A DNA stretch of 64,000 nucleotides. Source: Heteronotia binoei (taxonomy: Eukaryota). Shown in pieces: positions 59,755-64,000 of this stretch. Position numbers and translations under genes: made by a program. The notes under the pieces are model-generated. The model was not told the DNA's origin. It worked only from the letters and a program-made list of their open reading frames with translations, and did not search any database. Within the stretch, counting starts at the first letter, position 1. Each line of letters opens with the position of its first letter. The DNA lies in contig NC_083243.1 in the NCBI RefSeq assembly GCF_032191835.1, positions 180,544,001-180,608,000 on the forward strand, read 5' to 3'.

Positions 59755-62700
59755 CTATCCCCCCCCTCAGGCCCCCCCTCATCCAAGCCGCCTGGCTTAT
59801 CTGGGTAGGCCTCGTGGAATTGCTGGAGCAGGTCAGGGGTATGCAGGTGGGTAGCCGGTTCCCAGGAACGGTCCTCGGGAGGGTAGCCTTCCCAGTCCAC
59901 CAGGTACTGGAGCTGACCTCGGTGCAGCCGGGAGTCCAGGATCTGACGGACCTCGAACTCTTCCTCATCGTCCACCAAAACCGGTGGTGGAGGCGGTGGT
60001 GGAGTGTCCCTGTTTGGGTCTGGTGCTGCCGCTGGTTGGAGGAGGGAACGATGGAACACTGGGTGGATCCGGAGGTGGGCGGGGAGGCGTAGGCGGAACG
60101 CCACGGGGTTGATTTGCGCCTCTATGGGGAATGGACCGATGAAACGGGCGGTGAGCTTGGCGGATCGGCCAGGAGTCCGGAGGTACCGGGTCGAGAGCCA
60201 GACGGAATCCCCGACCTTGAGGGGGGCTCCGTCCTGGCGATGTCGATCCGCGGCCAGTTTGTATGCGTCTTTGGCGCGTTGGAGCTGGGTGCGCAAGAGG
60301 TCGTGGAGCGCATGGAGTTCCTCGATCCGGTTGTCGGCCGCGGGGACGTTGGCGGATGGGCCGAGCGGAGGGAAGAACCGGGGGTGCAGTCCGTAGTTGG
60401 CCGCAAACGGTGTGGTCTGCGTGGAGCTGTGCAGCGCGTTATTATATGCAAACAGGGGCAGCAGAGAGGCCCAATTGTCCTGTTGATAGCTGGTATAACA
60501 GCGCAAGTACTGCTCCAGGGTGGCGTTGGTCCGCTCTGTCTGCCCGTCGGTCTGGGGATGGTAGGCGGAAGACAAGTGAAGCTCCGTCCCCAAACCGTGC
60601 TGGAAGGCTTGCCAAAAGCGGGAGGTAAATTGCGGGCCCCGATCTGAGATGACCTGCGTGGGTAACCCGTGCAGGCGGAAGACGTGGTTTAGGTAGAGCT
60701 GGGCAGTTTCCGGTCCTGACGGTACTTTGGCGCAGGGGACGAAGTGGGCCATTTTGGTGAACAGGTCCACCACAACGAAAATGCAGGTGTGGCCCTGGGA
60801 TCGTGGTAGGTCCACGATAAAGTCCATGGACACCACATCCCAGGGACCGGCGGGAGTAGGCAGGGGCTGTAGGAGACCGGAGGGCTTGGCCGGTACGTTT
60901 TTGGCTCGGCGGCAGACCTCGCAAGAAGCCACGTATCGACTGACGTCTGCTCGGACGCGGGGCCACCAGAAGTCTCGGGTCAATAGATGAGCGGTCTTGT
61001 TTTGCCCGAAGTGGCCAGCCGGGGGTGCATCGTGGGCAAGACGGAGGATGCGGGAACGGAGAGGCCCGGGAGGGACATACAACTGCTCCCGATGGTAGAG
61101 CAGCCCATCCCGGGTGGATAGTTCACTGGCAGGGTCTTGCTGCGGTTCCTGCAGGTGTTTCTGAGCCCAAGGGTCGGTGTCTTGACTGGCCTGTATCTCT
61201 GCCACCAAGGCGGGTGCGGTCAGAGTGGCAGCAAAGACCGAAGGTGGCAGGATGCTAGCCTTGGGGGCTTCGGTGGTACTAGAGGCGTTATAGTCCGGCC
61301 GGCGGGACAGAGCGTCGGCTTTTTGGTTCTGGGAGTGCGGGACGTAGGCAATGGTAAAGTTGAACCGTGAAAAGAACAGGGACCACCGGATCTGCCGCTG
61401 GTTCAGCCGGCGAGTGGTCTGCAAGTGCTCCAAGTTTCGGTGATCTGTGAAGACTTGGACCGGATGTCGGGCTCCCTCAAGGTGGTGACGCCACACCTCA
61501 AAAGCCACCTTGATGGCCAAGAGCTCTCTCTCCCATATGGTGTAGTTGCGCTCGGCGGCAGAGAGCTGCCGGGAGTAGTAGGCGCAGGGTTGCCACGGCT
61601 GGCTGGGATCGTCCCGCTGGGAGAGCACGGCTCCGAGGGCCACATTGGAGGCGTCTGCTTCCACCATGAAGGGCAAGCGGGGGTCAGGGTACCGCAGGAG
61701 GGGACTTGAGGAAAAGCTATGCTTGAGTTGGCGGAAAGCCTGGTCGGCTTCTGGGGTCCACTGGAAGGGCTCCTTAGGTCGAAGGAGTCTAGTCAAGGGC
61801 TTGGTCAGGTCGGCGTAGCCCGCGATGAATTGCCTGTAATAGTTGGCGAAGCCCAGGAGGCGCTGGACGTCCTTCCGATTTTGAGGGGCCTGCCACTGCA
61901 GGATGGCGTCGACCTTCCGCGGATCCATCTGGGTTCCTTGGGGGGAAATGATGTGCCCCAGGAACTCGACGGACTGAAGGTGGAAGGCGCATTTCTCTAG
62001 CTTGGCATACAGGTGATGGGCCCGGAGTCGTTGTAGCACCTGGCGGACGTGTTGGACGTGCTCCTGCTCGGAAGTGGAGTAGACCAAAATGTCATCTAGG
62101 TAAATGATCAGGAACCGGTCTAGCAGGTCGCGGAACACGTCGTTCATGAACCGTTGGAACACGGCAGGGGCATTGGTGAGCCCAAAGGGCATAACCAGGT
62201 GTTCGTACTGGCCATACCTGGTGCCAAAGGCGGTCTTCCACTCATCTCCGGCTTTGATACGAACCAAGTTGTAGGCCCCTCGAAGGTCGAGCTTGGTGTA
62301 GATCGTGGCCCCCTTGATACGGTCGAGGAGCTCCGGGATCAGCGGCAGCGGGTAGCGGTTCCGAATGGTAATCTTGTTGAGGGCTCGGTAGTCGTTGCAC
62401 AGCCGTAAGTCCCCGGTTTTTTTCTTGACGAACAGGACCGGTGAGGACAAGGGCGAGGTAGAGGGTCGAATGAACCCTCGGGCCAAGTTCTTTTCCAGGT
62501 ACTCCCGGAGGGCAGCTAGTTCCGGGTCCGCCATGGGGTAAAGGCGGCCTGCTGGTAGCGGGGCGCCGGGTATCAGGTCGATGGCGCAATCGTAGGGCCG
62601 ATGTGGGGGAAGCTGGTCTGCTTCCTTCTCGTTGAAGACGTCCGCGAACTCCTGATAGGGAGCTGGTAGAGTGGTGGCAGCCCCCAGGAGGCTGGTGGCG

Positions 62701-63221
62701 AGTGGGGAACCGGGTTGGTTGGCAGGCGGCACCGGAGCCGAGTCGGGTGGTAGTGTGGAACAGGGCGCGAGGGCACTCGAAAAGCTCAGTTCGCGTTGCA
62801 CCCAGTCCACATGAGGGTTGTGGGCCTCAAGCCAGGACAGGCCCAGGATGACCGGGAAACGGGGCATGCGGGCCAAGTCAAAGGTCTGTTTCCCCTGGTG
62901 CTGCTGGACCCATAAAACGAGTGGTAGAGTCTCGTGGCAGACGGGTCCAGAGCGCAGCAGACGACCATCCACGGCCTCAACCAGTGTAGGAGTCTTCTTT
63001 TCCCGGACGGGGACGCCATGCTCCTTGGCAAAGTGATTGTCCATGTAGCAGCAGGCAGCCCCTGAGTCCAACATGGCATGGACGAAGATCCACCGGTCGT
63101 CAGGAAGCCGCAGACGGATCGGGACCAGGAACGGGGTGGGTGGTGGGTGGACGGAGCGGGAGGACCTCGAGGAGTGCCCCAGGTCAGAAGGTCCAACTAG
63201 ACCTGGGGCTGGCCTTTTACC
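59478..63221 (-). CDS. pol: Pol (protease, RT, RNase H, integrase, chromodomain, LTR-encoded tail), in the -1 frame relative to gag
   Basis: Protease LDSGA; RT LCNDYRALN, KLDLRGAYNL, MPFGLTNAPAVFQ, YLDDILVYS; RH EADAS, ELLAI, TDHRNL, ADALSR; IN H-X6-H..C-X2-C, SMDFIVDLP, SDRGPQF, GQTER; chromodomain FEVRQILDSR...YLVDWEGYPPEDRSWEP. The ORF track starts at 63497, but the functional start is inferred at the frameshift site. Confidence 0.95.
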   Translation of the reverse strand, partial: GKRPAPGLVGPSDLGHSSRSSRSVHPPPTPFLVPIRLRLPDDRWIFVHAMLDSGAACCYMDNHFAKEHGVPVREKKTPTLVEAVDGRLLRSGPVCHETLPLVLWVQQHQGKQTFDLARMPRFPVILGLSWLEAHNPHVDWVQRELSFSSALAPCSTLPPDSAPVPPANQPGSPLATSLLGAATTLPAPYQEFADVFNEKEADQLPPHRPYDCAIDLIPGAPLPAGRLYPMADPELAALREYLEKNLARGFIRPSTSPLSSPVLFVKKKTGDLRLCNDYRALNKITIRNRYPLPLIPELLDRIKGATIYTKLDLRGAYNLVRIKAGDEWKTAFGTRYGQYEHLVMPFGLTNAPAVFQRFMNDVFRDLLDRFLIIYLDDILVYSTSEQEHVQHVRQVLQRLRAHHLYAKLEKCAFHLQSVEFLGHIISPQGTQMDPRKVDAILQWQAPQNRKDVQRLLGFANYYRQFIAGYADLTKPLTRLLRPKEPFQWTPEADQAFRQLKHSFSSSPLLRYPDPRLPFMVEADASNVALGAVLSQRDDPSQPWQPCAYYSRQLSAAERNYTIWERELLAIKVAFEVWRHHLEGARHPVQVFTDHRNLEHLQTTRRLNQRQIRWSLFFSRFNFTIAYVPHSQNQKADALSRRPDYNASSTTEAPKASILPPSVFAATLTAPALVAEIQASQDTDPWAQKHLQEPQQDPASELSTRDGLLYHREQLYVPPGPLRSRILRLAHDAPPAGHFGQNKTAHLLTRDFWWPRVRADVSRYVASCEVCRRAKNVPAKPSGLLQPLPTPAGPWDVVSMDFIVDLPRSQGHTCIFVVVDLFTKMAHFVPCAKVPSGPETAQLYLNHVFRLHGLPTQVISDRGPQFTSRFWQAFQHGLGTELHLSSAYHPQTDGQTERTNATLEQYLRCYTSYQQDNWASLLPLFAYNNALHSSTQTTPFAANYGLHPRFFPPLGPSANVPAADNRIEELHALHDLLRTQLQRAKDAYKLAADRHRQDGAPLKVGDSVWLSTRYLRTPGRSAKLTARFIGPFPIEAQINPVAFRLRLPAHLRIHPVFHRSLLQPAAAPDPNRDTPPPPPPPVLVDDEEEFEVRQILDSRLHRGQLQYLVDWEGYPPEDRSWEPATHLHTPDLLQQFHEAYPDKPGGLDEGGPEGGDSVMPAPADSEQVPASDPAPAVQMPLPTSDVSPEGASQQQGPPETDQATPGTSSSPPESSPPAERLRERRRLEFRDRRREARRRARRDLSPEF
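63162..63221 (-). promoter_or_regulatory. -1 programmed ribosomal frameshift signal (heptamer plus H-type pseudoknot)
   Basis: On the minus strand: G_GTA_AAA, 5-nt spacer GGCCA, stem 1 GCCCCAGGTC/GACCTGGGGC (10 bp perfect), and loop GGACCT able to pair with downstream AGGTCC. It lies at the gag/pol overlap, as in PEG10. Confidence 0.75.
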
Positions 63222-64000
63222 GAGGCGGCAGAACTTGTGGGGCGCTTTGATTTGGCCGGACATAAGCTTGCGAAATGCCCGTCTCCACCACAATACAGGC
63301 ACAGGTGGTTGGTGCGCCGTCGGTTCTTCTCCTCGGGAGTCAGGCGAGGGCGGGCGACGCCCAGCTGCATGGGTTCTGCAGCCGGCGGAAGAGCTGGGGT
63401 GCCTGAAGCAGGAGCCGCCGTGGGGACCCTGGGTGGGGTGTGGCCCCTCTTCTGCCTCTGGCGTCGACCCTGCAGCCGCCCATCGATGCGTAGGCACAGC
63501 AGGATCAGATCTTGGAGGGCGGCTGGGCGGTCACTGCGTGCTAGTTCATCCAGGACAGCATCAGAGAGACCTTCAGTATATTGGTCCACCAAGGCAGCTT
63601 CGTTCCAGGCCAGGTCTTGGGCCAATAGCTGGAACTCTGTGGTATAATGGGACACAGAGTTTTGGCCTTGGCGCAAGGCCCGTATCTTACGATTAGCCGT
63701 CTCAGCACGCACGGGGTTGGCATAAGCAGCCGTGAAGTGGGCCTTGAACCGGGTGTAGTCTGCCAGCAGTGGTGAGGGCTCTAGCAGCAGAGGAGTGGCC
63801 CATTTGGCCGCTGGCCCTTTAAGCAGGCTCAAGATAAAGCAGACCTTAGTCTTGTCCGTAGGGAAGTCGCCCTGCCTTATCTCCATGTAGAGTTCACACT
63901 GGGCGAGGAAGGCAGGGAACTCCTCCAGGCTTCCAGCAAATTTCTCAGGAACGCTCACCGGGCAGCGAGAGCGGGGAACGGCGTGGGCAGCCAAGGCCAC
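63197..64000 (-). CDS. gag: Gag (Retrotrans_gag/PEG10-like capsid plus CCHC zinc knuckle), N-terminus outside window
   Basis: PEKFAG..EEFPAFLAQCELY, KVCFILSLLKGPAAKWATP, LRQG..SV..YTTEFQ.LA..L.WNE.AL..QY..GLSD, knuckle CLYCGGDGHFASLC. Confidence 0.93.
   Translation of the reverse strand: MALAAHAVPRSRCPVSVPEKFAGSLEEFPAFLAQCELYMEIRQGDFPTDKTKVCFILSLLKGPAAKWATPLLLEPSPLLADYTRFKAHFTAAYANPVRAETANRKIRALRQGQNSVSHYTTEFQLLAQDLAWNEAALVDQYTEGLSDAVLDELARSDRPAALQDLILLCLRIDGRLQGRRQRQKRGHTPPRVPTAAPASGTPALPPAAEPMQLGVARPRLTPEEKNRRRTNHLCLYCGGDGHFASLCPAKSKRPTSSAASVKGQPQV

Larger units (their letters stand above)
59251..64000 (-). mobile_element. Ty3/Gypsy chromovirus (sushi/PEG10-like) LTR retrotransposon; 5' part runs off the window; inserted in DIRS gag
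   Basis: Open gag and pol with PR-RT-RH-IN-chromodomain order, a polypurine tract (GAGGGGGGGATAG) before an LTR starting TGTCATG, and high GC/CpG content. The LTR end is placed at ...TTTATGGCA (59251), by analogy with TGTCAT...ATGACA termini. Confidence 0.95.

Noticed and set aside
63222-63497. N-terminal 90 aa of the 1339-aa ORF as a real Pol start
   Set aside because: It is the -1 frame overlapping gag upstream of the frameshift signal; Pol is more plausibly made as Gag-Pol.
59035-63696. Long plus-strand ORFs antisense to the chromovirus (e.g. 59035-59622, 60114-60647, 63073-63696)
   Set aside because: Expected shadow ORFs of GC-rich coding DNA with no motifs; one of them crosses the LTR/DIRS junction.

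Overview
Eukaryotic, repeat-rich vertebrate DNA. The SINE/LINE/MITE families point to a squamate reptile, most likely a gecko (inference). I could not recognise any host protein-coding gene, rRNA or true tRNA gene; the window looks intronic or intergenic, with only weak candidate exons. Main contents: (1) a young, apparently intact chromodomain Ty3/Gypsy element of the sushi/PEG10 type on the minus strand, truncated by the window end and inserted into the gag of (2) a decayed DIRS tyrosine-recombinase retrotransposon (LAP2alpha-like Gag, RT, RNase H, Dam-like methyltransferase, YR, terminal inverted repeat/ICR); (3) an older DIRS relic; (4) an old, internally deleted Gypsy with both LTRs and a 5-bp TSD; (5) a near full-length L2-clade LINE with an unrecognised 5' ORF; (6) Penelope-like, CR1, L1 and L2 fragments; (7) two tRNA-derived SINE families; (8) many hAT-, Harbinger- and Tc2-type MITEs, several with readable TSDs. 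The most notable observation is a small Pro/acidic plus Arg-rich ORF ending in LSPEF-stop, encoded at the very start of the LTR. It is conserved at the protein level, with mostly synonymous changes, between two divergent LTR families in this window. Also notable: an H-type pseudoknot frameshift signal with a non-canonical heptamer, an inverted local duplication that includes SINE flank, a 2.4-kb hAT element carrying a CCAAT/E2F/GC-box cluster, and an ORF that is restored when nested insertions are excised. All calls were made by eye; no database searches were run.
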